From the NCBI GenBank assembly GCA_020184695.1, contig JAANOX010000087.1:1-64000 (forward strand): a stretch of 64,000 bases of DNA, read 5' to 3'. Position numbers and translations under genes: made by a program. Below, piece after piece: positions 47,976-58,400 of this stretch; the stretch's first letter is position 1, and the number at the start of each line of letters is the position of its first letter. Origin of the DNA: Histomonas meleagridis 2922-C6/04-290x (Eukaryota > Protista > Parabasalia). The notes under the pieces were generated by a model, which was not told where the DNA came from, searched no databases, and was given only the letters and a program-made list of their open reading frames with translations.

Positions 47976-50476
47976 CTAAGTATTTTTAGTATTAATTCCT
48001 TCTTGTTCAAGAAGTAATTTAACTATTTCTGTATGACCATTTACAGATGCATAAATAAGTGCTGTTTCAAATAATTTAAATAATTTCCAAAAATTATTTT
48101 GAAATATAAAATTATTAAAATAAATTTTAAATAAAACAAATAAATATCTTTAGCATTAATATCAATTCCTTCTTGTTCAAGAAGTAATTTAACTATTTCT
48201 GTATGACCATTTACAGATGCATTCATAAGTGATGTATTAAATAATTTAAATAATTTCCAAATATTATTTTGAAATATAAAATTATTAAAATAAATTTTAA
48301 ATAAAACAAATAAATATCTTTAGCATTAATATCAATTCCTTCTTGTTCAAGAAGTAATTTAACTATTTCTGTATGACCATTTGATGATGCATTCATAAGT
48401 GATGTATTAAATAATTTAAATAATTTCCAAATAATATTTTGAAATAGAAAATTATTATAATAAATTTTAAATAAAACAAATAAATATCTTTTGCATTAAT
48501 ATCAATTCCTTCTTGTTCAAGAAGTAATTTAACTATTTCTGTAGGACCATCTCTAGATGCTTTCATAAGTGCTGTTTTATATAATTTAAATAATTTCCAA
48601 ATATTATTTTGAAATAAGAAATTATTAAAATAAATTTTAAATAAAACAAATAAATATCTTTAGCATTAATATCAATTCCTTCTTGTTCAAGAAGTAATTT
48701 AACTATTTCTGTATGACCATCTCTAGATGCATACATAAGTGCTGTATAAAATAATTTAAATAATTTCCATATATTATTTTGAAATATCAAATTATTAAAA
48801 TAATCATTAAATAAAACAAATAAATATCTTTTGCATTAATATCAATTCCTTCTTGTTCAAGAAGTAATTTAACTATTTCTGTATGACCATTTGAAGATGC
48901 CCATATAAGTGCTGTTCTAAATAATTTAAATAATTACCAAATATTATTTTGAAATATTGAATTATTATAATAAATTTTATCTTTAGCATTAATATCAATT
49001 CCTTCTTGTTCAAGAAGTAATTTAACTATTTCTGTATATCCATTTACAGATGCATTCATAAGTGATGTATTAAATAATTTAAATAATTTCCAAATATTAT
49101 TTTGAAAGATAAAATTATTAAAATAAATTTTAAATAAAACAAATAAATATCTTTAGCATTAATATCAATTCCTTCTTGTTCAAGAAGTAATTTAACTATT
49201 TCTGTATGACCATTTGATGATGCATTCATAAGTGATGTATTAAATAATTTAAATAATTTCCAAATATTATTTTGAAAGATAAAATTATTAAAATAAATTT
49301 TAAATAAAACAAATAAATATCTTTAGCATTAATATCAATTCCTTCTTGTTTTAAAACGTATTCAACAAGTTCAATATTTCCTGACCCAGATGAAAATACC
49401 AATATATCATGAGGAATTGAATGCTCTTTAAGAAAATATTCAACTAAAAAAATATTTCCAATCATTGCTGTTCCATTAATAATATCATCAATAATTTTCA
49501 TTCCTTCTTTAAGTAAAAATGAAAATATTTCGTAGTTATGATATAAAATACAAAGTTTTCCTAATTCTTCTAAATTATTAATTTCTTTTAATTTGTTTTC
49601 ATAAAGATAATGAAAAATATCATTTCTATGAAATTCAATTGCTGCTTCATATGCATCTTCAAATGATGAATGATTTTGTTCACATAAATGAATGATTTCT
49701 TCATTTCCACCTGCAACTGCATATATACCTGTATCTTCTACATTTGCACCATTCATAAATAAATATTTAAAACATTTAACAGAAGAAAAAAATGCTGCAT
49801 AATCAATTAATGAAACATTCCAATTGTTAATAAATGAACATCTTTCATAAAGTGATGGTTCAATGTATTGATTAAAATCAAAATTTGTTTGTGATGATAT
49901 TTCTTGAAGTTTTTCTATTTCATCATTTCGAATTATTTTCGCAATGTCATTTGGATTATGTCCTTCGATAATTAATTTCTTATGTAATTCCCAATCATTC
50001 TTTGAAAGTTCTTCATAATTCGGTAAAGCACTTACAAAATCATGTTCCCTTAAATGAATTGATAATTTATCTTTAGACATATAATGTGCAAAATAAGCAC
50101 ACTGATTGTTTTTTACAATATTTTGTTCAAGAAAATTATGTTCAATCATAACTTCAAGAAGATAAGATGATTCACCTGTATTTTTATTATTAAGAAATTG
50201 CCCAAATATATCAAATATATTAGATTTGATTTTATTATTCTCTTCAAATGTTCTTATTTCTTTTATAATATTTAAAAATAAATCCAATTTATTATTTTTA
50301 ATCACAAAGGAATAATATATAATTTGAATAATCATGAAATCATAAGATAAAGGATGGATTTCATCAAATTTGCTGATTATTAAACCTAAAGATCTAGAGA
50401 AATTTTCTTCATTCAAACTAAAAATTGCTTGATTTATCGGTAGAAGTGTTTCCCAGTCGCAAAGTTTCGTCATCAT
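47976..50476 (-). CDS. DUF3447-like plus ankyrin-repeat protein, cryptically encoded (657 aa after removing 31 17-nt spacers)
   Basis: 386 open codons up to INAKD, then 8 interrupted hairpins. 2501 - 31x17 = 1974 nt = 657 codons plus TAG at 47976. Confidence 0.8.
47991..49350 (-). repeat. Tandem array of 170-bp ankyrin units (one of 153 bp)
   Basis: Hairpin Asp codons at 49319, 49149, 48979, 48826, 48656, 48486, 48316 and 48146; spacings 170,170,153,170,170,170,170. Confidence 0.97.
48066..49318 (-). other. 31 x 17-nt non-GT-AG spacers interleaved with single codons
   Basis: Example, unit A: GAT [49302-49318] AAA [49282-49298] TAT [49262-49278] GGA [49242-49258] AAT ACA. Confidence 0.85.
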
Positions 50477-51554
50477 GTGGAAAATATTAATAACTGATAT
50501 AATTCAAATTTGAATTAAAATTTGAGAGTATAAACCAGTGAAAAAGTTGAAATTTTAATAATGCATATGTATTGACTCTCGATTTCTAAAATTCTTATAT
50601 AACGATCATCCTACAATCTTGATATCATGAATATATAAATTTTATATATACAGTTGCATCTTTAATTAATCTTTCTTCAAATATAAGAATAATATTATGA
50701 TTATCACGAGATAAATTTATTCTTTCATTCCAAAAAGTGACAAAATCGACTTTTGCATAGTTTATATCGAACGATAATGGCACCGATAAGTGCTGATAGA
50801 CGCTGATTAGAATGATGGTAAATATTATCAAATTTTTACCCTTTATTCAAAAACACAAACTGATGTTTATCCAAATCTTTTCATTACAAACCATGATTGC
50901 TATGATAGAAGCAATCCTTCATATTGTAAACGTTATAAGATCGCGAGTTGGTTCAAGCTAAAATGAATAAATTCACTTCGTAAGTATACATGAATTCATA
51001 TATAATGAAGAAGATCCATTTGGAGATGATTTTAAAGAAGATAAATACATAGAACTAATGTAATTTATATAAAGTATAATAAATTATTGTATATATGTTC
51101 TATGGGATTTTGTTGTCTTTTTAGATTGTTTTGGGTACAAAAATTTACGTCTGAAGCTGTTTCAAAAATTTCTTCTTTGGGGTTAGGTTTTGAAGTTTGC
51201 AACATAGGAAGAATTTTGGATTAATATTTGAAAGTTGGGATTTATTTCATAAAATTCTTCAGTGAAATTTGTGTTTTTCAAGTTTCATTGAAGTGTTGAT
51301 AGTGAATGTGTGCTTTTCCAAGTGCTAGTCCAATTATTCGATTTTTTTTCTTCCTTATCGAATTCAGTTTTGTTAGTTCTGTCTTAGGAAATATATGATG
51401 TGTTAATCATTATTTCACGATGAAGATTTTGTTGTTACAAATTCATGATAATTTATTTTAATTGATGACATGTGCTTTCTTGATTCATTCTCTTTTTAAA
51501 TCGATTTAAAAAAATAATATAATTTAAATAATGATCAAAACACAACAACATTTA

Positions 51555-52271
51555 TTAATACGCGTAATAGCTTATCATGTTTGATGCGAGTCGTTTCCTT
51601 CCGAACAACGATTGTGAAAATTTCTTTGTGATGGAGTAAATCGAAGTTGTGAAAACAACTTTTGGGAGCCGACTTATGTAAAAATTAACAAAATTTGTGA
51701 CTGACCTTCTCTCGTAAGACTGTATTAAAGGATAAGAAAGAGCGCTGTCAAAAAGGGTACCAATTCCTTGAATAAGTACATTTCGAGCAAAAGTACCGCC
51801 AAGTTGATTTGATGGTGGAAGATATGCATTAGAAAAACCAAGGACAGCATTTCCTCCAAGTCGGGATAGAAAGTCATACTTACGATTATTATTAAGATCA
51901 ACTTTGAAGTCTTTCCCGTTGAATTCTTTTTTGAAATACCAATACTCCAGTGGATACAAAATAACATCATTTAGGATTGATGTTGCTAATCCAACTTTAA
52001 CTCCCCACTTAAGATGTTCCAAAGGTGTATTTAATGTTGGCCGAAACACTGTTCTTGAAACTTCATCAACAAGTTCAAAAGTTGATGTAAGAACACCAGT
52101 CTCTATGGATTTATAGCAGAAAGAACTTAAATCAAGAGAGAATTGCTGAGTAACATATATATAAAGTGTCATTGCTGAACCATACATTGTTCCTGTTGCA
52201 AAATTCCTACAAAACTGTTTTATTGTTTCCTTTATTTTTTCTTTTTCTGCATGTGAAATCTTAATCTTCAT
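51555..52271 (-). CDS. Hypothetical membrane protein, possibly a divergent mitochondrial-carrier-like (hydrogenosomal) protein
   Basis: ILYPLEYW, LSYPLIQ and RLPKVVFTTSIYSITKK weakly recall SLC25 motifs. Start MKIK at 52271, with an M3-like motif upstream. Confidence 0.55.
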   Translation of the reverse strand: MKIKISHAEKEKIKETIKQFCRNFATGTMYGSAMTLYIYVTQQFSLDLSSFCYKSIETGVLTSTFELVDEVSRTVFRPTLNTPLEHLKWGVKVGLATSILNDVILYPLEYWYFKKEFNGKDFKVDLNNNRKYDFLSRLGGNAVLGFSNAYLPPSNQLGGTFARNVLIQGIGTLFDSALSYPLIQSYERRSVTNFVNFYISRLPKVVFTTSIYSITKKFSQSLFGRKRLASNMISYYAY

Positions 52272-52416
52272 TACAAAACGGTTTTGACACAATTGGGGCA
52301 CCCCAATCATCCACCTCACATCATCTCAAGACAATTCTTCATTTTTATATAAAATTATATCCACACAAAATATTTATTAGAATAACACAAACACAACAAC
52401 TCTGTATATGTTGAAA

Positions 52417-53772
52417 TTAGAATTCGTTTGGACGTTCCACATGGATACCAAGATCGAATATAACAGACAAATCCTTTTGACTTAACTCATATACTTCAAC
52501 ATATGATACTGCAATTACGGAGCATACTTCTGGTATTCTTCTTATTACAGATGTTTCTCCAAACACCGAATTATTCTCTGAAGTGAACCTCTGTATAAAA
52601 TCTCCTCCTGCACTGAGCATATCGACTGTTCCTTCAGTTAAGAAGTATATGTTTTTGTTAATTCGACCAGCTTTCGCAAGAAAATCGCCGGGCATCAAAA
52701 TTTTCGGTTTCAATGCCATTGCAACTTTTTCAATTGTTTCATCGCTTGCGTTTTCTAAAAACTGAAGACGACTGTAAATTGAATAGTTTACAACTGTCAT
52801 GATCTTCTTTTGTAAGCCAAAAGGAATGATTTCTTTCATGGAAGAATGAAATAATGCACGTTCGTATTGGGTATCAAACTCAAATTGATAGTAATTCAAA
52901 AGTTGCTCTTTGCCAAATTCGGAAATATCCATTGAAACTAGAGAGTTAACAGCATTCTTATATTGACTAATACGAAGATTACGTGAAGGAGATGCAATTA
53001 ATGCAACCATTTTGGAGACAATATAGTTAAAATAAAAAACACCAATTATTTCAACAAAAAGAACATAAAAAATTTCCGGAAATGTCTTGGCAGTTGCATC
53101 TCCATACCCAACAGCAAGTACAGTTGTGTTGATGAAGTAGAATGAATGCGTATAAAGTTTGAAGAATGAGGCATCAAAGAGATTAGCGACATCAATCCAA
53201 TTTCCTTCTATGCCTTTGTAATGTTCAATTTTCCCAATAAGAATAAAGATGCAAGTAAAGAGATGTTCAAGTGATAATAACATAATAAATTGAAGAAAAG
53301 TCTTAGAAATAGCGTTGATATACACAAGGTGGTTCTGTATTGTTTTATATGCTTCAGCAAATCGGATAATGCGAATAATTTTGAGGCAAATCAAAATATG
53401 AAATACCAATAAATTATTCAAGAGATAACCGATTAAATAAAATGGAATAGGGTAAACCCAACTCATTATTTTTTTCCATCGTGGTGTGTGCTCTTTTAAA
53501 GAATCTTTATCAAGAAGAACGATTCCGTCCTTAATAAAGCCTGTACGTTGAGAAATAAAATTATCAACAAGAAAAGCTAAATCAAAGGCAAGCGCTGCTA
53601 TAATAAAAGAAAGAGGGAGTGTTTGATAAAATACCCATTGAAAAGGAATTTCCCATATAGAAATCAAAGAAATAAATAGCATTAAATATTCCCATATTTT
53701 ACGAGGAACACTGTACAAGTAAAAACCATAGCTTTTTGGTTCTGTTTCTGTAATATCTTCATCAATTTCCAT
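52417..53772 (-). CDS. Voltage-gated K+ channel superfamily member with cyclic-nucleotide-binding domain
   Basis: Six TMs, pore TTVLAVGYGD, C-linker, CNBD PGDFL..YFLTEG..FGE. Probable ATG 53772; M3-like AACCGTTT at 53803-53810 on the minus strand. Confidence 0.9.
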   Translation of the reverse strand: MEIDEDITETEPKSYGFYLYSVPRKIWEYLMLFISLISIWEIPFQWVFYQTLPLSFIIAALAFDLAFLVDNFISQRTGFIKDGIVLLDKDSLKEHTPRWKKIMSWVYPIPFYLIGYLLNNLLVFHILICLKIIRIIRFAEAYKTIQNHLVYINAISKTFLQFIMLLSLEHLFTCIFILIGKIEHYKGIEGNWIDVANLFDASFFKLYTHSFYFINTTVLAVGYGDATAKTFPEIFYVLFVEIIGVFYFNYIVSKMVALIASPSRNLRISQYKNAVNSLVSMDISEFGKEQLLNYYQFEFDTQYERALFHSSMKEIIPFGLQKKIMTVVNYSIYSRLQFLENASDETIEKVAMALKPKILMPGDFLAKAGRINKNIYFLTEGTVDMLSAGGDFIQRFTSENNSVFGETSVIRRIPEVCSVIAVSYVEVYELSQKDLSVIFDLGIHVERPNEF

Positions 53773-54332
53773 ATTTGTGTGAGGATTTTTGTCCAACCAG
53801 GGAAACGGTTTTTTCAGGTTAATTTAAAAGCAACCGCTATCTAGCTGACTTAACATCAGCGGTTTATCACAAATGAAAAAAATCATCTTTTAGGTCTTTT
53901 AGGACAGCCCACACACTAAAAAATAAGTCTTTTCAGATGTCCATATGAACTTAATTATGAATATGTAATTTACTAATTTTTTTGTGAGAATCAATTTTTA
54001 CTTTAATTAATGTAGCTCTGTAAAAAAAAATTTATTTATAATCAAAAACACTGCCATCAGGAGTTATTGTTAAATGTTTTGAAAAGAATTTCTGTTTTAA
54101 TAAATATTTTGACTATCAAGTTGAACCAGAAGCTGATGATGTTTTAGCATTTTTGATCGGTTTTGATTGAAATCGTGTTCAAAAAGTCGAATTTCACATC
54201 ATCCTTATTAACATCAGTTTGTAATTGGAAAAATAATTTTATTCGAAACATAATTCAATGTCAACATATTTAATTCAAATTCGCCCAAAATAAAAACAAT
54301 ATTTACACCATAACTTTTTATTAGATCACAAT

Positions 54333-55271
54333 CTATCTTCCTTCGGGGTTCGTTAAGACCTCTCTCAAATGCTTTGGATGGAATTTAGACGTTGGGTTCA
54401 TTCTATTATATGCCATGAAGCCCAAAAGGATGGCAGTTATCATTAGCACAAGTGCAGTCACCAAGAACACTGCGAGAACTCCTTTACCATTCGTTCCAAA
54501 AGAACCGGTTTCAGATATGATGAAATATTTCCTACCATCGAAAACGCCTTTATAGTTGTTGTGTATGAACATGGAATAGTTCCCAGCCTTCATTGATTCG
54601 GCTTTTGCATATAATTTTCGGAATGGTGAAAATGCTGATACTCTCATCCATGATATGAAATGTTCATTTGTTTGTGTGCCTGGGAATAAGTCATCATCTT
54701 CCAGCCAATGCGTTGATACATTGTATCGCATGTCAGGTTCCTGAAATCCGATATCTCGATCGACTTCTAATGTAATCTTTTTTTCTACAAAATCATTGGT
54801 TTCAATAATATAAAATGTGTCATTAAAAACAAGGTATGGAAGAACACCGCATGGAATATAGAGGTTATATATGTTCTTTGTATCATTAACAAACTTTCGG
54901 AAAGTGCAAGACTCAACATCATCTATCGAAACATATTGACCCATGAGCATACGGGTTTCGAAGCTAGTAGCAATTTCTTTACGTGCTTGTTTGAAATTTG
55001 TTAACTTATAATATAGACCAAGTGGTTGGTTAATATCCTTTGGAATTGTAAAGTTAACAATACATGTATCACTACCATTGCATACATCATCATAGCGAAC
55101 TTCAATATTCGTGTTATAATAAGTTGTATATCCAACCACGCAAAATAAGCAAAAGTAAAGAATTGACAACAAGAAAAATATACTGGACGTACAAGCTGGT
55201 GTTGACCTTAGTCGACACATTTTGAGTTCTTGCTGAATGATAGGAAGATTTGCAAATCCTTCAACCTTCAT
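54333..55271 (-). CDS. CDC50: CDC50/LEM3 flippase beta-subunit
   Basis: LYYKLTNFKQ, PCG..FNDTF, NEHFISWMRVSAFSPFRKLY, two TMs. Confidence 0.92.
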   Translation of the reverse strand: MKVEGFANLPIIQQELKMCRLRSTPACTSSIFFLLSILYFCLFCVVGYTTYYNTNIEVRYDDVCNGSDTCIVNFTIPKDINQPLGLYYKLTNFKQARKEIATSFETRMLMGQYVSIDDVESCTFRKFVNDTKNIYNLYIPCGVLPYLVFNDTFYIIETNDFVEKKITLEVDRDIGFQEPDMRYNVSTHWLEDDDLFPGTQTNEHFISWMRVSAFSPFRKLYAKAESMKAGNYSMFIHNNYKGVFDGRKYFIISETGSFGTNGKGVLAVFLVTALVLMITAILLGFMAYNRMNPTSKFHPKHLREVLTNPEGR

Positions 55272-55419
55272 TTGAATTGACCGTTTAATTCGTCAAAAAC
55301 ATCGAAAAACGTTAAAAATGAATAGAAAATTTTCTGAAGTCAATAGAAGTTTTAAGTCAAATTAAACTGACAGAAAAAAATGAATGTTTTTAAAACGACT
55401 TAAAAAAAATTAATTCATA

Positions 55420-58400
55420 ATGACAGAAAAGGAAAGTTATAAAGCGTTAATTAAATTAGTCTTTACACATCGAAGACTATCACTTAATACACTTATTGGG
55501 GCCCCAGATAATGAAGAAACAGAGTTAATGAATCAAATACCAAATATTGAAACTGATAAATTAATGAAATCATTTGATAATGATATTAACATAGACATCA
55601 AAAAAATTTTAAATGATGTTGGTTATAATTATCAATTCAATCCTGAAGTTGTTCGTAAATTTATACAGTCTCAAAAAGTTACTGATTTACAATTAAACAT
55701 TATTGGTTACCAATTAATTTCACTCCTTTTTGTTAAGGATGAACAAATTTCTCCTGAATATTTTCTTTTATTTATGGAATATCTTAATCATGCATTACTT
55801 TCAAATAGTTATTTTCCAACGATAAATTTATATTTTATGTGTTTACTATATCAAGCCATACGAAACGAAGCATTCCAATGGGATGAAAAGACAATTGCAA
55901 GTGTTATAACAATGTTTACCATGAATCGAACATTAAAATTTAATTTCAAAAATTTATTAATTTTTTTCTTAAACATAGTATTTGATCCCAAGCTTTCATC
56001 TGAATGTCATAAAGAAGGCTTAAAACTGATTAAAACTCTTTATGATAATCGTTATGAGATAATTTTAGGATCGGAATATATTACCATCATAGGCATCATA
56101 GAGTCCATGTTTAATGATTTAGATATAAATGCGTTAAAAGCATTTGCTTCAATTGTTAATTATTCTGCAGCTATAAACAAAGACCGATCAGATTTTTCTG
56201 AAAATTTCAAAAGTATATCGAACTCACTTTTTGATAAGATCAAGGACTTTTTCAAAGACAGGCCGATCACGATTTCAGATCCCATCCAACTTAATAATTT
56301 AGATACATTAAAGCCACAATCACAACAATTATATATCGATGAAGATATTTTTCATAATGACTTTCGTATTCCATCCAATCTTATTGATGAGAACACCGAA
56401 GAATTATATAATTTAATTCCCGAAGAAATATTAATATTATTTAATGTAATTAATCAATTTTTAGAAGAATTAAATCCAAATCATTTAAGTTCATTTATAG
56501 AAATCATGATGTCTTGTTTGAAATCGATGGAATTAATTTCATCGTTTGTATGGTTCATTAAAACTAATAGTAACAGACATCAAATATTACAATTAACATT
56601 TGAATTTTTAACATCGAGTTATTTATTTGATCATGAGACAACAATATTTGGTCCTAAATCATTAGATAAAAACATAAACAAAATACGAGCAGCAATAATA
56701 TCATTAATACAAAACACTGACACTAAATTATTATTACGATTTTTCAAGGAGAAAAATGAAAACATATTTTTAATTAATGAAACATTATTACGTATAATGA
56801 AAAATTCTATTGATGAAACACTTTGTACTAATGAATTTTTCCAAATCATTTCTTCTAATATGATATACTTACAACAAATTAATGCTCCGAATGATATACG
56901 AAAAATCGGATTTGTATTTATTTTTAAACTATTAAATAATTCGAAGTTACAATTTTCATGTTTAAATTTACGGAATTTTGTTGAAATTATTAATAAATTT
57001 ATATATGAAAAAGGAATTTCAGAGAATATATATTCGATATTAAAAAACATATTTTTAAAGACATCGAAAACAGAAATTTCGAAATTAGAATATTTAGTTG
57101 TTAATGTATTAGAGAAAGCACAATATTGTCCACAATTAATTGAACTTACACATGAATTGGTGTCGAATGTTATATTATTTAGACCATTTTATATTACAAT
57201 ATTTTCCAAATTCTTAAATTTAATGATAAATAATTATAAAGAGAAACAAACAGAAAAAACTTTTAATCGAATTATTATAATGTTAATAATACAATCACAA
57301 CTTAAACAAAACAATTTTGATATTGATAATAATTTGTTTTATATATTATCTAAATCAAAACAATTCTTAACATTAAATATTCTCGTGAATTTAATTACCG
57401 GTTCAACTTGTATGAATGTTAATGCGAAGTTTTTAATACGTAATCCAATATATTTACCATTATTTTTAATAGTATTTGGTGAAAATGTTAATGAGTTAAC
57501 AAAAGTTTTATCGATTTTCTTAAAATTAGCACAAGATTCAATATCAAATGCAATAGCATTCCATAATGGTAATATTGATTCGATATTATTAACATATTTC
57601 TTAAATGATAAAATTCAAAAGTATAAAGGAATTGAATTTGAATTAAAGATTAATGAAAACTTAAAAGATAATTATGTTATACCTTTATTATATATTATAT
57701 TAACATCTAAAACTAATAATTATATATCAAAATTAATTACTAATATAATTACTAAAACTCAAAATTATAAAATTTCTAAAATGCTTGAAAAGATATTTTT
57801 ATATCATAAAAATACACCACAAAACATAATACCGATTGAAAACGTATTAAATCCTTTAATATCTATTGATGGATTTGATTATAGTAAGTTTTATAAAAAG
57901 TTTTCATTTTCATTTTATTTAAAAGTTGATAATTCAACTTTAATAAAACAATTAACATATATAAACTTATTTACATTCTCAACTAAAGAACAAAAATTCG
58001 GTTTCGCATTAAAAGGTTCATCATTATATTTAATATATGATGATAGCGAATATAAACATTCATTCCAAATCATTTCTAAATTCACATCAAGTGAATGGTC
58101 ACATTTTTATGTTACATTTAAAGATAAAGAAGAAAAAGAAGAAATTATAATATATTTAAACACGAATTTATTACAAAGTATTAAATTCTCTGAAATTAAA
58201 TTCGATAAAAAACAATTACGTTTTAATGTCGGAGGATTAAATGATTATATTTCAGATGAAAATCATAAAACAGTCGCATATATATCAGATTTATGTTTTT
58301 ATACAACAAAACTTAAGAAAGAACAAATTCATACAAATCAAATCCCAATTCCTAATTTTTCATTAACTAAATTAATTAATAATTATGAAACTAATACTCT

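Noticed and set aside
49226-49318. ORF-track tail IYLFYLKFILIILSFKIIFGNYLNYLIHHL as a C-terminal TM anchor, and ORFs 48041-48226 and 48563-48790 as separate genes
   Set aside because: They are read-through translations of the spacer blocks. The same DNA parses into 17-nt spacers plus hairpin codons and recurs in every repeat.
48066-49318. A single canonical GT-AG intron per ankyrin unit
   Set aside because: The only GT is at block position 9-10 and most blocks contain no AG. The next AG lies well inside helix-coding sequence, and one intron could not retain the central Gly codon.
47991-49350. CRISPR-like array
   Set aside because: Eukaryotic context; units are protein-coding ankyrin repeats with near-identical rather than unique spacers; no cas genes.
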